Shown here piece after piece: positions 37,401-52,400 of a stretch of DNA of 64,000 bases. A program made the position numbers and the translations under genes. Origin of the DNA: Somniosus microcephalus (lineage: Eukaryota); the NCBI GenBank assembly GCA_052327205.1, contig JBMRGM010000040.1, forward strand, positions 22,196,001 through 22,260,000, given 5' to 3'. The notes under the pieces are model-generated. The model was given only the letters and a program-made list of their open reading frames with translations, did no database searches and was not told where the DNA came from. Within the stretch, counting starts at the first letter, position 1. Every line of letters starts with the position of its first letter.

Positions 37401-40400
37401 CTCTCAGTGTTTCAGTTTGTACCCGGAGTGTTTCCTTGTGTTTCTGTTGAACACCTTTAATTAGAACAGACAGAAAGTGGTTTTTAGTATTAGTTACATA
37501 TTTATGAAACGACTTCTAAATTATATTTTGCATTGCAGTGAAGATTCGTGAAACAATTAAATCATAAATTCAATAGATTCGGTGCAGAACATTACCACGC
37601 AGTGATTGGCTGTTGTTACCTGGGCGAGGATGTAAAATGGGCGCTAACGCATTAGCCACCCAATACAATCCACTTCCAATATTGCCTTCTATAATCACTA
37701 AGAAATGATTCAACTGTGCACCTGATTCGAATACTTACTAAAATAAAGATTTGGTTAAAATGTCACATTTCCCTATGATGATTATTACACAGAATTACAT
37801 CGAATTGCTTAGAATATAACGCAAAAAATCAGCCCATTCAGCCCATCTCCACCATTCCGGGGTTAGTTCTCCATTCGAGCCTCCTCCCATCATTCCACAT
37901 ATTGCTCTAGTAGCATAATCCTTTATTTCCTTCTCCCTCATATGCTTACCTAGCTTACCTCTAAATGCATCTATACGATTCACCTCAACTACTGCCTGTG
38001 GTAGCGAGTTTCACGTACTCACCGTTCTCTGTGTAAAGAAATTGCTCCCGAATTCCCTATTAAATGTCTTTATAATGATGACCTCTAGTTTTGTTATTTC
38101 AAAAAGTGGGATTATTCGCTCTCTATCTAATCTCTCAAAATCTTTCATAAATTTAAAGCGCTCTATTAGGTCACCCCTCAGCCTTTTCTTTACAAGATAA
38201 ATGCCACCCAGCCTGTTGATCCTTTCCTGATATGTATAACCTCGCAGTTCTGGTATCATCCTTGTAAACCTTTTTGGCACCCTCTCAAATGCCTCAATAT
38301 CCTTTCTATAATATAGTGACTGGAATTTTAAACAGTACTCCAAGTGTGATAAAATAATGTTCGATACAAGTTTAGCATAACTTGTCAACTTTTCAATTCT
38401 ATCCCTGTAGAATTATGCCCAGTGACTGTTTTTCTTTGTAATGGCATTAATAGCCAGCGACCACACTTATAATGATTTGTGTATTTGTTCTCCCAGATTC
38501 CCATCCTCCTCTACCCCATTTTGATTCTAATTACCCAAGTACTGTGTGACCTCCATATTTTTCTTCACAAAATGTAATAACTCACAATTATCTATGTTGA
38601 AATTCATTTGGCAATTATATGCCCATTCTGAAAGTTTATTAATATCTTCTTTTAAGTTATTGCAGTCATCCACGTTATTTAATATTCACCCGCCCCACCA
38701 AGTGTGGTGTTTTGTGTAAACTTATAAATTATGTTATGATTTTAAAGTGTTAATCGTAAATCTAATTTGTGAACAACTGTGAGCCCAGCACTGATCCTTG
38801 TAGGACCCCACGTTCAGCCACTCTGTGTAGCTAACTGTTACCTGCAGTCATTGTTTTCTGTCTTGCAGGAGCTTGCTGTTCATTCTGATGCTTATCCCTT
38901 GACTCCGTATTCTCTGCCCTTATTCATTGATCTGTATATGTGGTATCTTATCGAAGGCCTTTTGGCAAGCTAGATAAATTACATCTACTACATTAACCTC
39001 GTCTACTCTCGCTGTTATCTTTTCAAAGAATTCAGTGAGATTGGTCAAGCAAGAATTTCCATTTTGAAATCCAGGCTGTTATTATGTTTTTGGTTTCTAC
39101 ATTCTATTTTCTCCCTTATTTGGGATTCCATTATCTTCCCTGTAAGCGATGTCAAGTTGACTCGTCTATAGTCTCCTGGAGATGTTCTGCCTCCCTTCTT
39201 CAATGTAGATATAACATTAGTTATCTACCAGTACTCTAGCACTACAACTTTCTCTAAATAATTATTAAATAGGTATAATAGTACCTCAGCTATCTCGCCT
39301 GTAGAGACTTTATAATACACAGATGCAATTCGTCCAGACCAGGCGTTTGATTCTCCTTGAGTTAGATTAATTTAAGAAGATAAGTCATAAGAGCAGGAAT
39401 AGGGCATACAGACTTTTGAGCATGTTCCAACATTCACAACGATCATGCCTGAAATTCTACATCAACTCCACTTGCCCGCCCTATCCACATATGCCTTGAT
39501 TCCCTTTGTGCCAGAAATCTACCTATCGCAGCCTTGAGTATATTAGGCGACTGAGCATCCACAGCCCATTGAATTAGAATTCCTAAGATTCACAACTCTC
39601 TAATGAAGACATTCTCCTCATTTCAGTCTTAATTGGCCGAGCCCTTATTCTGAGACTATGCCCCCTAGTTTTAGACACTCCAGCCAGGGGAAAATAACTC
39701 TCAGCATATAGCTTGTCAAGCCCTCTATGCAGGTTATACGTTTGCTTGAGGTCATCGCTCATTCTTCTAAAATTCAGATACTATATGCCTATTCTGCACA
39801 ATATTTCGTTGTAAGACAGCCCTTTGATCCCAGGAATCAATTTAGTCAATCTAGCAACCCTCCAAGGCAAGTTTATCCTTTCTTAGGTAAGTAGAACGAA
39901 ACTGTACTCAGTACTCCTATTTTATTATATAAACGGTTATATAAATTCTAATATTGTCTCCTGATGTCATGTACCCCTGACACTTCTCTCGAGTAATTAC
40001 TGAAGATATTTAATTATTCAATAATTCTGCTATGCCGATAATATAGATCCTGAACTGTACTATAGACATCTCACGATTCTGGTTATATGGAAGCTTTGGC
40101 ATCTAGTGAAGTGTTGTCCAAATGAATATCCCTGAGTATCCATTGGTGTTACCCACATGCACTATTTTTAGTAGCAAATGCCGTATGCCACAACATAGAC
40201 AAATGTGCTTCCCCTGTATATTTACATAACAATCATCTACCACCATTCATTGCAAAACTTTGCAGTCTCTGGGGACAATTTTGGCTTTGGGCGATGGTGT
40301 AAATTGGGTGACTTAGAATGAGCTGCACATTATACACCATGTCCGTTTCCAATTACCTCGTGCAATGGGCAATCAGTTCGATATCCTCTACTTTACAGTG

Positions 40401-43400
40401 CCGCCCAAAATTGAAGCCATTCCCTCTCATTGTCATCAAACTTGCACCATTGGATTGCTGCCATCAATTTCTCATCACATCACTGCGGCTTCTAGGCATT
40501 TGACCAGCAGTTGCCAGCGCTGCTTTGACTGCAGCAGGGTAGTTGCTGAGAATATTGTCTCGCACAACGAGACCCACCAGATCTGTCTTGCTCTCCATCA
40601 ATGCGAGGCTGCTTTTCCTCTACCATAATGCGCCCTGGTGGAGTTCCTAATTCTTGGATAGTCTTGCATTCCTCTGCCGTCTGTAGCGGTTACTCCAATT
40701 GGTTAAGCTGACCATGATGACAGCTCCCCTCTCCATACAATGTAAATGATGTTTTCATGTTGCTGTAGACTGGCGTTTTCTCCCATATAAGAAACTATTT
40801 TAGTTATACGCACCCACGGGCGTAAAGCCTACACCACGATCAAAATATTCTGATAGGCTGCTTTTCTTCTCACCACCTTTGCCTACATTCCACAGAACGG
40901 GTTAAATTAGTCATGCATAAACCGTGTTACTGTGAGGACGGTGTCTCACTTTTTATTGATCAATCAGAATGAAATGTTCCACTTGTGGCTTGTGGGTAAT
41001 GTACTGAACAACTCTGCTCTAGGGATGAACGTAGGAATGCTCCAGTTTTATAACTTTCTGAAGGAATAGAAAATACATTTTTGGGTGTCACAGGGAAAGG
41101 GAATACGGTAAATGTACAGGAGTTCCATCATTAGGATATGGTGTTAAGGAAGCTAAAGGGATTGAAGGTGGACAAATCCCCAGGGCCTGATAACATGCAT
41201 CCTAGGGTACTGAAGGAGGTGGCCCTAGAGATAGCGGATGCACTAAGGATGATTTTTCAGAATTCATTAGACTCGGGAACAGTGCCGATGGATTGGAGGG
41301 TAGCTAACGTTACCCCACTATTCAAAAAGGGGGGTAGGGAAAAAGCAGGTAATTACAGACCTGTAAGCCTTACATCAGTTGTGGGCAAAATGCTGGAGTC
41401 CATCATTAAGGATGAAATAGCGGAGCACTTAGCAAATGGGGACAGGATAGGACAGAGTCAACATGGATTTACAAAGGGTAAATCGTGCTTGACTAATCTA
41501 TTGGAATTTTTTGAGGGAGTAACTGGTAGAATAGATGGGGGAGAGCCAGTAGATGTGGTGTACCTGGACTTCCAAAAGGCCTTCGATAAGGTCCCACATA
41601 AAAGATTAGCATGGAAAATTGAGGCTCATGGGATAAAGGGGAAAGTTTTGGCGTGGATAGGGAACTGGCTGTCAGATAGAAAACAGAGAGTTGGAATAAA
41701 CGGCTCATTTTCTGAATGGCAGGCAGTAACAAGTGGGGTACCACAGGGATCTGTCCTGGGCCCCCAGCTGTTCACAATTTACATTAATGACCTGGATCAG
41801 GGAGTCGGATGCAGCATTTCCAAATTTGCAGACGACACTAAACTAGGAGGGGGGGTGGGCTCAGAGGAAGAGACCAGGAAGCTCCAGAGCGATTTGGACA
41901 GACTGGGCGATTGGGCGGATAAATGGCAGATGCACTATAATGTGGACAAGTGCGAAGTTATCCACCTTGGGTGCAGGAACGGGAGGGCAAATTATTATTT
42001 AAATGGCAATAGATTGGGAGAGGGGGAAGTACAGAGAGACCTGGGTGTTCTTGTACACCAGTCACTGAAGGCGAGCATGCAGGTGCAACAGGCGGTCAAG
42101 AAGGCAAACGGTATGCTGGCCTTCATAGCAAAAGGGTTAGAATACAGGAACAGGGATACCTTGCTGCAGCTGTACAGGGCACTGGTGAGACCACACCTCG
42201 AGTACTGTGTACAGTTTTGGTCGCCTCATCTGAGGAAGGATGTTCTTGCCATGGAGGGGGTGCAGCGGCGATTCACCAGGCTGATACCAGGAATGGCGGG
42301 AATGACCTATGAGGAGAGACTATGTAGTTTAGGGATGTACACACTGGAGTTTAGAAGATTGAGAGGGGACCTCATAGAAGTGTATAAAATTCTGACAGGT
42401 CTAGACAGACTGGATGCAGAAGGAATGTTTCCCTTGGCGGGTGAGAACAGAACTAGAGGACATAATTTGAGGATAAGGGCTAAACCATTTAGGACAGAGA
42501 TGAGGGGGAATTTCTTCACTCAGAGAGTGGTGAACCTGTGGAACTCATTGCCACAGAGGGCAGTGTACGCCAGCTCATTAAATATATTTAAGAGGGAATT
42601 AGATATATTTCTACGGGCAAAAGGGGTTAAGGGTTACGGAGAGAAGGCGGGGACGGGATACTGAATTAAAAGATCAGCCATGATCTCATCGAATGGCGGA
42701 GCAGGCACGAAGGGCCGAATGGCCTACTCCTGCTCCTATCTTCTATGTATCTATGTATCTATGTATTACTGTACAGGCCTTCGGCAGGCAAACTGGGATA
42801 TGATGTTTACTGGGTGACGTACAGAATGAGAATGTGCAGAAGTTACACTGTTATTGTATCAGGTGTTTAGGTTAGTTATCTGGGGTATGGTGTGCAATTA
42901 GAGTCCATTGATTGCAGCAAGAATGTTATTTGCATTATCTTTACAGAAGGGAATAATAAGATAATATATATCTGAACTTTAGGCTGAGAAAAGGGCGAGG
43001 GTGTTGGATTTCTTTCTTTTGCAAGGGTGCATTGAAAAAAATGGAATGGAATTCACAACATTAATGCATGGTAATAGTGGGCAGCACGGTGGCATAGTGG
43101 TTAGCACTGTTGCCTCACAGCGCCAGGGACCCGGGTTCGAATCCGGCCTCGGGTGACTGTCTGTGTGGAGTTTGCAAATTCTCCCCGTGTTTGCGTGGGT
43201 TTTCTCCGGGTGCTGCGGTTTCCTCCCACAGTCCAAAGATGTGCGGGTTAGGATGATTGGCTATGATAAATTGACCCTTAGTGTTAGGGGGATTAATTAT
43301 GTGGGGTTACGGGGATAGGGTGGGATATGTGTTGGTGTAGGGGTTTCCGGGGATCGGGTGGGATATGTGTCAGTGTAGGCTCGATGGGCCGAAATGGCCT

Positions 43401-46400
43401 CTATCTGCACTGTGGGGTTTCTGTGATTCTGTGATAATAGATAAAACTGAGAACGAATCCAGGACTATGACGGGAAGCATGATTGGATTTTACACCAAAG
43501 GAGCGGGGAAACCAGTTACCAGGGAAGGATTAATGAAAAGCTCATATAATCAGGGTCAAGAGACAATTGGGAGTCTTTTTACTTTAATTGCGGGGTGAAA
43601 AACAGGCGATAACGGTTAGAAAACCCGTTTTGCAACTCGCTCGACTTTCATTTCAACGTCGTATTGAAGTTTTCTTTGTAAAATTTAATTTTGCAAGTTA
43701 AAAAAATCTGTGGATTGGGTAAAAACAAACTCCAGAGTTAAATACTATTCTCTGTGCCCACGCTGTCTGTTTAACTGCCACTCACAAATACCATTGTCCA
43801 CACATAAATGTCCGATTATATGCTAATCAATGCAACTAAACATGTAGCATGCAACAATTGCAGACGGCTATTTCTGTGCTTTGCAGTAATAATATTTATT
43901 TTTAAATTTTCTGCCTCGTTCTCCATAGGTGATCCACTATAGAATTCCAGGGCTACATCTGTCCCTTTCCCATCCACAAATTGAATTCAAGTTACTGTTT
44001 TTAAAGTGGAAAGTTAAAATGTCTATGCGGCATATGGTTTATATCCTGGCGGTGAGTATGTGCAATCACAGAGTATCCGGATCCTGCCAGGTGTGTATGG
44101 GGGTTCCCAGTTTATCAGGAAACAGCCAGGTGTGTATGGAGTTTCACATATGTATCGCGATCCTGCCAGGTATGTGTGGGGTTTCACAGTATCTCAGGAT
44201 CCTGCTAGGAGTGTACAGAGTTTCACATTGTATCGGGATCCTGCCACGTGTCTATGGGGTTTCACAGTATATCAGGAACCTGCCAGGTGTGTATGTGGTT
44301 TCACAGACTATCAGGATCCTGCCATTTGTTTAAGGGGTTTCACAGTGTATCAGGTTTCCGACAGGTGTGTATGGGGTTTCACATTGAATCAGGAACCTGC
44401 CAGGTGGGTATGGGGTTTCACAGTGTATCAAGATCCTGCCGGATATGTATGGGGTTTCACATTGAATCAGGATCCTGCCAGATGTGTATGGGGTTTCACG
44501 GCGTATCAGCGTCCTGCCAGGTGTGTATGGGGTTTCAGTGTATCAGGATCCGGCCAGGTGTGCATGCGGTTTCACTGTATATCAGGATCCTGCCAGATGC
44601 GTATGGAGTTTCGCATTGAATCGGGATCCTGCCTGGTGTGTATCGGATTTCACAGTGTATCGGGATACTTCCAGTTTTGTATGGGGTTTCACAGTGTATC
44701 AGGATCCTGCCAGGTGTGTATGGGGTTTCACAGTGTATCAGGAACCTGCCAGGTGTGTGTGGTGTTTCACAGTGTATCAGGAGCCTGCCAGGTGTATGTG
44801 GGGTTTCACAGTGCATCATGATCCTGCCAGGTGTGTATGGGGTTTCACAGAGTATTTGGATCCTGCCAGGTGTGTATGGGGATTCACGGTGTATCAGGGT
44901 CCTGCCAGGTGTGTATGGGGTTTCACAGTGTATCAGGAACCTGCCAGGTGTGTGTGGTGTTTCACAGTGTATCAGGAGCCTGCCAGGTGTATGTGGGGTT
45001 TCACAGTGCATCATGATCCTGCCAGGTGTGTATGGGGTTTCACAGAGTATTTGGATCCTGCCAGGTGTGTATGGGGATTCACGGTGTATCAGGGTCCTGC
45101 CAGGTGTGTATGGGTTTTCACTCTATTAGGATCCTGCCAGGTGTGTATGCGGTTTCACAGTGTATCAGGATTCTACTAGGTTTGTATGGGGTTCCACAGT
45201 GTATCAGTATCCTGCCAGGTGTGTATTGGGTGACACAGTGTAACTGGATCCTGCCTGTTGTATATGGGGTATCACAGTGTATCAGAATCCTGTCTGATGT
45301 GTATGGGGTAACAAGGTGTATCAGGATCCGGTCAGGTGTGCATGGGGATTCACAGCGCATCAGGATTATGCCTGGATGTGTATGGGGCTTCACAGTGTAT
45401 CAGAATCATGCCAGGTGTGCTTGGGGTATCACAGTGTATCAGGATCCAGACAGGTGTGTATAGAGTTCCACAGTGTAGCAGGATACAGCCAGGTTTGCAT
45501 GGGGTGTCACAGTGTATCAGCATCCTGCCAGGTGTGTAGGGGTATCACAGCATATCAGGATCCTGCCAGGTGTGTATGGGGTTTCACAGTGTATCAGGAT
45601 CCTGACAGTTGTGTTTGGGGTTTCACATTGTGTCTGGATCCTGCCAGATTTGTCTGTGCTTTCACACGTTATTAGGATCCTGCCATGTTTGTACACATTT
45701 GACAGTGTATCAGGATCCTGCCAGGTATGTATGGGGTTTCAAAGAATATCAGGATCCTGAAATTGTGTGTATGGGGTTTCGCAGTATATCAGGATCCTGC
45801 CAGTAATATCACAGAAATCACAGAAATCACAGAAACCCCACAGTGCAGATAGAGGCCATTTCGGCCCATCGAGCCTGCACTGACACATATCCCAATAGCC
45901 CCTACACCAACACATATCCCACCCTATCCCCGTAACCCCACGTATTTAATCCCCCTAACACTAAGGGTCAATTTATCACAGCCAATCAACCTAACCCGCA
46001 CATCGATGGACTGTGGGAGGAAACCGGAGCACCCGGAGGAAACCCACGCAAACACGGGGAGAATGTGCAAACTCCACACAGACAGTCTCCCGAGGCCGGA
46101 TTTGAACCCGGGTCCCTGGCGCTGTGAGGCAACAGTGCTAACCACTATGCCACCGTGCTGCCTAATATATGGGGTTTAACACTAAATCAATTCCGGCCTT
46201 GTGTCTATGGGGTTGCACCGTCTATCAGGAACCTGCCAGGTGTGTATGAGGTTTCACAGTGCATCAGGAACCTGCCAGGAGTTTATGGGGTTTAAGAGTG
46301 TATCACGATCCTGCCAGGTGTGTATGGGATTTCACAGTGTATCAGAAACCTGCCAGGGGTGTATGGGGTTTCAGAGTGTATCAGTTTCCTGCCAGGTGTG

Positions 46401-49400
46401 TGTGGGTTTTCACAGTGTATCAGGATCCTGCCAGGTGTGTATGTGGTTTCACAGTGTATCAGGAATCTGCCAGGTGTGTATAGGGTTTCACGGTGCATCA
46501 GGTTCCTGCCAGGTGTGTATGGGGTTTCACAGTGTATCAGGATCCTGCCAGGTGTGTATGGGGTTTCACAGTATATCAGGATCCTGCCAGGTGTGTATGG
46601 GGTTTCACAGTGCATCGGGATCCTGCCAGGTGTGAATGGGGTTTCACAGTGTATCAGGATCCTGATAGGTGTGTATGAGGTTTCGCTGTGTATCAGGATC
46701 CTGCCAGGTGCGTATGGGGTTTCACAGTGTATCAGGATCTTGCCAGTTGTTAATGGGGTTTCACAGTGTATCATGATTCTGCCAGGTGTGTATGGTGTTT
46801 CAAAGTGTATCAGGATCCTGCCAGGTGTGTATGGGCTTTCACAGTTTATCAGGATCCTGTAAGGTGTGTATGGGTTTTCAGTGTATCAGGATCCTGCCAA
46901 GTGTGAATGGGGTTTCACAGTGTATCAGCATCCTACCAGGTGTGTATGGGGTTTCAGTATTTCAGGAACCTGCCAGGTGTGTACTGGGTTTCAGAGTGTA
47001 TCAGGATCCTGCCAGGTGTGTATGGGGTTTCACAGAGTATCAGGATCCTGCCAGGTGTGTATGGGGTTTCACAGTGTATCAGGATCCTGCCAGGTGTGTA
47101 TGGGGTTTCACAGAGTATCAGGATTCTGCCAGGTGTGTATGGGGTTCCACAGTGTATCAGGCTCCTGCCAGGTGTGTATGGGGTTTCACAGTGTATCAGG
47201 ATCCTGCCAGGTGTGTATGGGGTTCCACAGTGTATCAGGCTCCTGCCAGGTGTGTATGGGGCTTCACAGAGTATCAGGACCCTTTCAGTTGTGTTTGTGG
47301 ATTCACAGTTTGTCAGGACCTGCCAGGTGTGTATGGGGTTTCACAGTTTATCAATTCCTGCCAGGTGTGTATGCGTTTTCACAGTGTATCAGGATCTTGC
47401 CAGGTGTGTATCGGGTTTCACAGTGTATCAGGATCCTGCCAGGTGTGTTTGGGGTTTCACATTGTATCAGGATGCTGACATGTGTCTGTGGTGTTTCCCA
47501 TTCTGTCTGGATCCTGCCAGGTTTACATGGGGTTTCACAGTTTAACAGGTTCCTGCCAGGTGTCTTTGGGGTTTCTCGGTATATCAGGATACTGCCAGGT
47601 GTGTTTGTGGTTTCCCAATGTATCAGACCATGCCTTGTGTTTATGGGGTTTCTCAGTGTCTCAGGATCCAGCCATTAATGTATGGGGTTTCACAGTAAAT
47701 CAGTTCCTGACTTATCTCTGTGGGATTCCACCGTCTATCAAGATCCTTCCAGGATTTTATGGGTATCACAGTGTATCAGAATCCTGCCATGTGTGTGTGG
47801 GCTTTCACAATGTAATCATGATCCTGCCAGGTGTGTATGGCGTTTCACATTGAATCAGGATCCTGCCAGGTGTGCATGGGGTTTCACAGTATTTCAGGAT
47901 CCTGCGATGTGTGTATGGGGTTTCACAGTGTATCAGGGTCCTGCCAGGTCTGTTTGGGGGTTCACAGTGTAAGAGGATCCTTCCAGTTGTGTATGGAGTT
48001 TCACAGTGTATCAGGATCCTGCCAGGTATGTATGGGTATTCACAGTGTATCAGGGTTCTGCCAGGTGTGTGGGGGGTTTACAGTGTATCAGGAACCTGCC
48101 AGCTTTGTATGGGCTTTCACAGTTTAACAGGATCCTGCCAGGTGTTTATGGGGTTTCAGTTTGTATTAGGATCCTTCCAGGTGTAATGTGGGTTTTCTCA
48201 GTGTATCAGGATACTGCGAGGTATGTATGTGGTTTCAAAGTGTATCATGATCCTGCCAGGTGTGTATGGGGTTTCCAAGTGTATCAGGATCGTGCCAGGT
48301 GTGTATGCGGTTTGACAGTGTATCAGGATGCTGCCAGGTGTGTATGGGGTTGCACTGTGTATCAGGATCCTGCCAGGTGTGTATGTGGTTTCACAGTGTA
48401 TCAGGATCCTGCCAGGTGTGTATGGGGATTCCAAGTGTCTCAGGATCCTGCCAGGTGTGTATGCGGTTTGACAGTGTATCAGGATGCTGCCAGGTGTGTA
48501 TGGGGTTTCACTGTGTATCAGGATCCTGCCAGGTGTGTATGGGGTTTCACAGTGTATCAGGTTCCTGCCAGGGGTGTATGGGGTTTCACAGTACAGCAGG
48601 ATTCTGCCAGGTGTATTTTTGGTTTCACAATGTATCAGGCCATGTCTTCTGTGTATGGGGTATCACAGTGAATCAGGATCCTGCCAGTAATGTAAGGGGT
48701 TTCATATTAATCAATTCCTTACGTGTGTCTAAGGCGTTCCACTGTCTATCAGGATCCTGCCAGTTGTGTATGGGGTTTCACAGTGTATCAGGATCCTGCC
48801 AGGTGTATGTGGGGTTTCACAGTGTTTCAGGATCCTGCCAGGTGTGCATGTGGTTTTGCACTGTGTCAGGAGCCTGCCAGGTGTGTATGCGGTTTTTACA
48901 GTGTACCAGGATCCTGCCAGGTTTGTATGGGGTTTCACAGTCAATCTGGATCCTGCCAGATGTGTATGTGGTTTCACAGTGTATCAGGATCCTGCCATGT
49001 GTGTATAGGGTTTCACAGTCTTTCAGGATCATGCCAGGCGTGTTTGGGTTTTCGCAGTGTATCTGGTACCGGCCAAGTGTGTATGGGGTTTCACAGCATA
49101 TCAGGATCCTGCCAGGTGTATTTGTTGTTTCACAATGTATCAGGCCATGACTTCTGTGTTTGGGGTTTCACAGTGCATCAGGATCCTTCCAGTAATGCAA
49201 CGGGTTTCACAGTAATCAATTCCTTACGGGAGTCTAATGGGTACCACAGTCTATCAGGATCCTGCCAGTTGTGTATGGGTTTTCACAGTTTATCAGGATC
49301 CAGCGAGATGTATGTGGGGTTTCACAGTGTTTCAGGATCCTCCCAGGTGTGTATGGGGCTTTAGAGTTTATCAGGATCTTGCCAGGTGTGTATGGTGGTT

Positions 49401-52400
49401 CACAGTGTATCAGGAACCTGCCAGGTGTGTATGCGGTTTCACAGTGTATGAGGATCCTGCCAGGTGTGTATGTGGATTCAGAGTGTGTCAGGGTCCTGCC
49501 ACGTGTGTGTGGGGTTTCACAGTGTATCAGGATCCTGCCAGGTGTGCATGGGCTTTCATAGTTTAACAGCATCCTGTCAGGTGTGTATGGGGTTTCAGAG
49601 TGTATCAGGATCCTGCCAGGTGTGTGTGGGTTTCACAGTGTATCAGGATGCTGCCAGGTGTTTATGGGGTTTCACAGTGTATCAGGATCCTGCCAGCTGT
49701 GTATGGGGTTTCACAGTGTATCAGGATCCTGCCAGGTGTGTATGGGGTTTCACAGTGTATCAGGTTCCTGCCACGGATGTGTGGGGTTTCACTGTACATC
49801 AGGATCCTGCCAGGTGTGTATGCGGTTTCACAGTGTATCAGGATGCTGCCAGGTGTTTATGGGGTTTCACAGTGTATCAGGATCCTGCCAGCTGTGTATG
49901 GGGTTTCACAGTTTATGAGGATCCTTCTAGGTGTGTATGGGTTTTCACAGTGTAGCAGGATCCTGCCAGGGGTATATGGGTATTCACAGTGTATCAGGGT
50001 TCTGCCAGGTGTGTGGGGGGATTTACAGTCTATCAGGATCCTGTCGGTGCGTATGGGCTTTCACAGTTTAACAGGATCCTGCCAGGTGTTTATGGGGTTT
50101 CAGATTGTATTAGGATCCTGCCAGGTGTAATGTGGGTTTTCTCAGTGTATCAGGATCCTGCCAGGTGTGTATGTGGTTTCACAGTGTATCAGGATCCTGC
50201 CAGGTGTGTATGGGGTTTCCAAGTGTATCAGGACCCTGCCAGGTTTGTCTGGGGTTTCACAGTGTATCAGGTTCCTGCCAAGGGTGTATGTGGTGTCACA
50301 GTACATCAGGATCCTGCCAGGTGTATTTCTGGTTTCACAATGTATCAGGCCATGTCTTCTGTGTATGGGGTATCACAGTGAATCAGGATCCTGCCAGTAA
50401 TGTAAGGGGTTTCACATTAATCAATTCCTTACGTGTGTCTAAGGGGTTCCACAGTCTATCAGGATCCTGCCAGGTGTATGTGGGGTTTCACAGTTAATCA
50501 GGATCTTGCCAGGTGTGCTTGGAGGTTCACAGTGTATCAGGATCCTGCCAGGTGTGTATGGGGTTTCAAAGTTTATCAGGAACCTGCCAGGTGTTTATGC
50601 GGTTTCACGGTGTATCAGGATCCTGCCAGGTGTGTATGGGGATTCACAGTTTATCAGGGCCCTGCCAGGTGTATTTGTGGTTTGACAATGTATCAGACCA
50701 TCCCTTGTGTGTATGGTGTTTCACAGTGTATCAGGATCCTGCCAGTAATGTATGTGGCTTCACAGTAAATCAATTACTGCCTTGTGTCTATGGTGTTCCA
50801 CCATCTATCAGGTTCCTGCCAGGTGTGAATGGGAGTTCACAGTGTATCCGGGTCTGCCAGATGTAAGTGGGGTTTCACAGTGTATCAGGATCCTGCCAGG
50901 TGTGTATGGGCTTTCACAGTTTAACAGCATCCTGTCAGGTGTGTATGGGGTTTCAGAGTGTATCAGGATCCTGCCAGGTGTGTGTGGGTTTCACAGTGTA
51001 TCAGGATGCTGCCAGGTGTTTATGGGGTTTCACAGTGTATCAGGATCCTGCCAGCTGTGTATGGGGTTTCACAGTGTATCAGGATCCTGCCAGGTGTGTA
51101 TGGGGTTGCACAGTGTATCAGGATCCTGCCAGGTGTGTATGGGGTTTCACAGTGTATCAGGTTCCTGCCAGGGATGTGTGGGGTTTCACTGTACATCAGG
51201 ATCCTGCCAGGTGTGTATGCGGTTTCACAGTGTATCAGGATGCTGCCAGGTGTTTATGGGGTTTCACAGTGTATCAGGATCCTGCCAGCTGTGTATGGGG
51301 TTTCACAGTTTATGAGGATCCTTCCAGGTGTATATGGGGTTTCACAGTGTATCAGGATCCTGCCAGGGGTATATGGGTATTCACAGTGTATCAGGGTTCT
51401 GCCAGGTGTGTGGGGGTATTACAGTCTATCAGGATCCTGCCAGGTGTGTATGGGCTTTCACAGTTTAACAGGACCCTGCCAGGTGTTTATTGGGTTTCAG
51501 ATAATATTCGGATCCTGCCAGGTGTAATGTGGGTTTTCTCAGTGTATCAGGATCCTGCCAGGTGTGTATGTGGTTTCACAGTGTATCAGGATCCTGCCAA
51601 GTGTGTATGGGGTTTCCAAGTGTATCAGGATCCTGCCAGGTGTGTATGCGGTTTGACAGTGTATCAGGATGCTGCCAGGTGTGTATGGGGTTTCACTGTG
51701 TATCCGGACCCTGCCAGGTGTGTCTGGGGTTTCACAGTGTATCAGGTTCCTGCCAGGGGTGTATGGGGTTTCACAGTACATCAGGATCCTGCCAGGTGTA
51801 TTTCTGGCTTCACAATGTATCAGGCCATGTCTTCTGTGTATGGGATATCACAGTGAATCAGGATCCTGCCAGTAATGTAAGGGGTTTCACATTAATCAAT
51901 TCCTTACGTGTGTCTAAGGAGTTCCACAGTCTATCAGGATCCTGCCATTTGTGTATGGGGTTTCACAGTGTATCAGGATCCTGCCAGGTGTATGTGGGGT
52001 TTCACAGTGTTTCAGGATCCTGCCAGGTGTGTATGGGGTTTTACAGTGTATCAGGATCCTGCCAGGAGTGTATGTGGTTTCACAGTATAACAGGATACTG
52101 TCATGTGTGTATGGGGTTTCACAGTTTATCAGGATCTTGCCAGGTGTGTTTGGGGGTTCACAGTGTATCAGGATCCTGCCAGGTGTGTATGGGGTTTCAC
52201 AGTTTATCAGGAACCTGCCAGGTGTTTAAGCGTTTTCACGGTGTATCAGGATCCTGCCAGGTGTGTATGGGGATTCACAGTTTATCAGGGTCCTGCCAGG
52301 TGTATTTGTGGTTTGACAATGTATCGACCATCCCTTGTGTGTATGGTGTTTCACAGTGTATCAGGATCCTGCCAGTAATGTATGTGGTTTCACAGTAAAT

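Noticed and set aside
43079-43150. tRNA gene
   Set aside because: The A/B boxes belong to the tRNA-derived head of a SINE present three times with body and tail.
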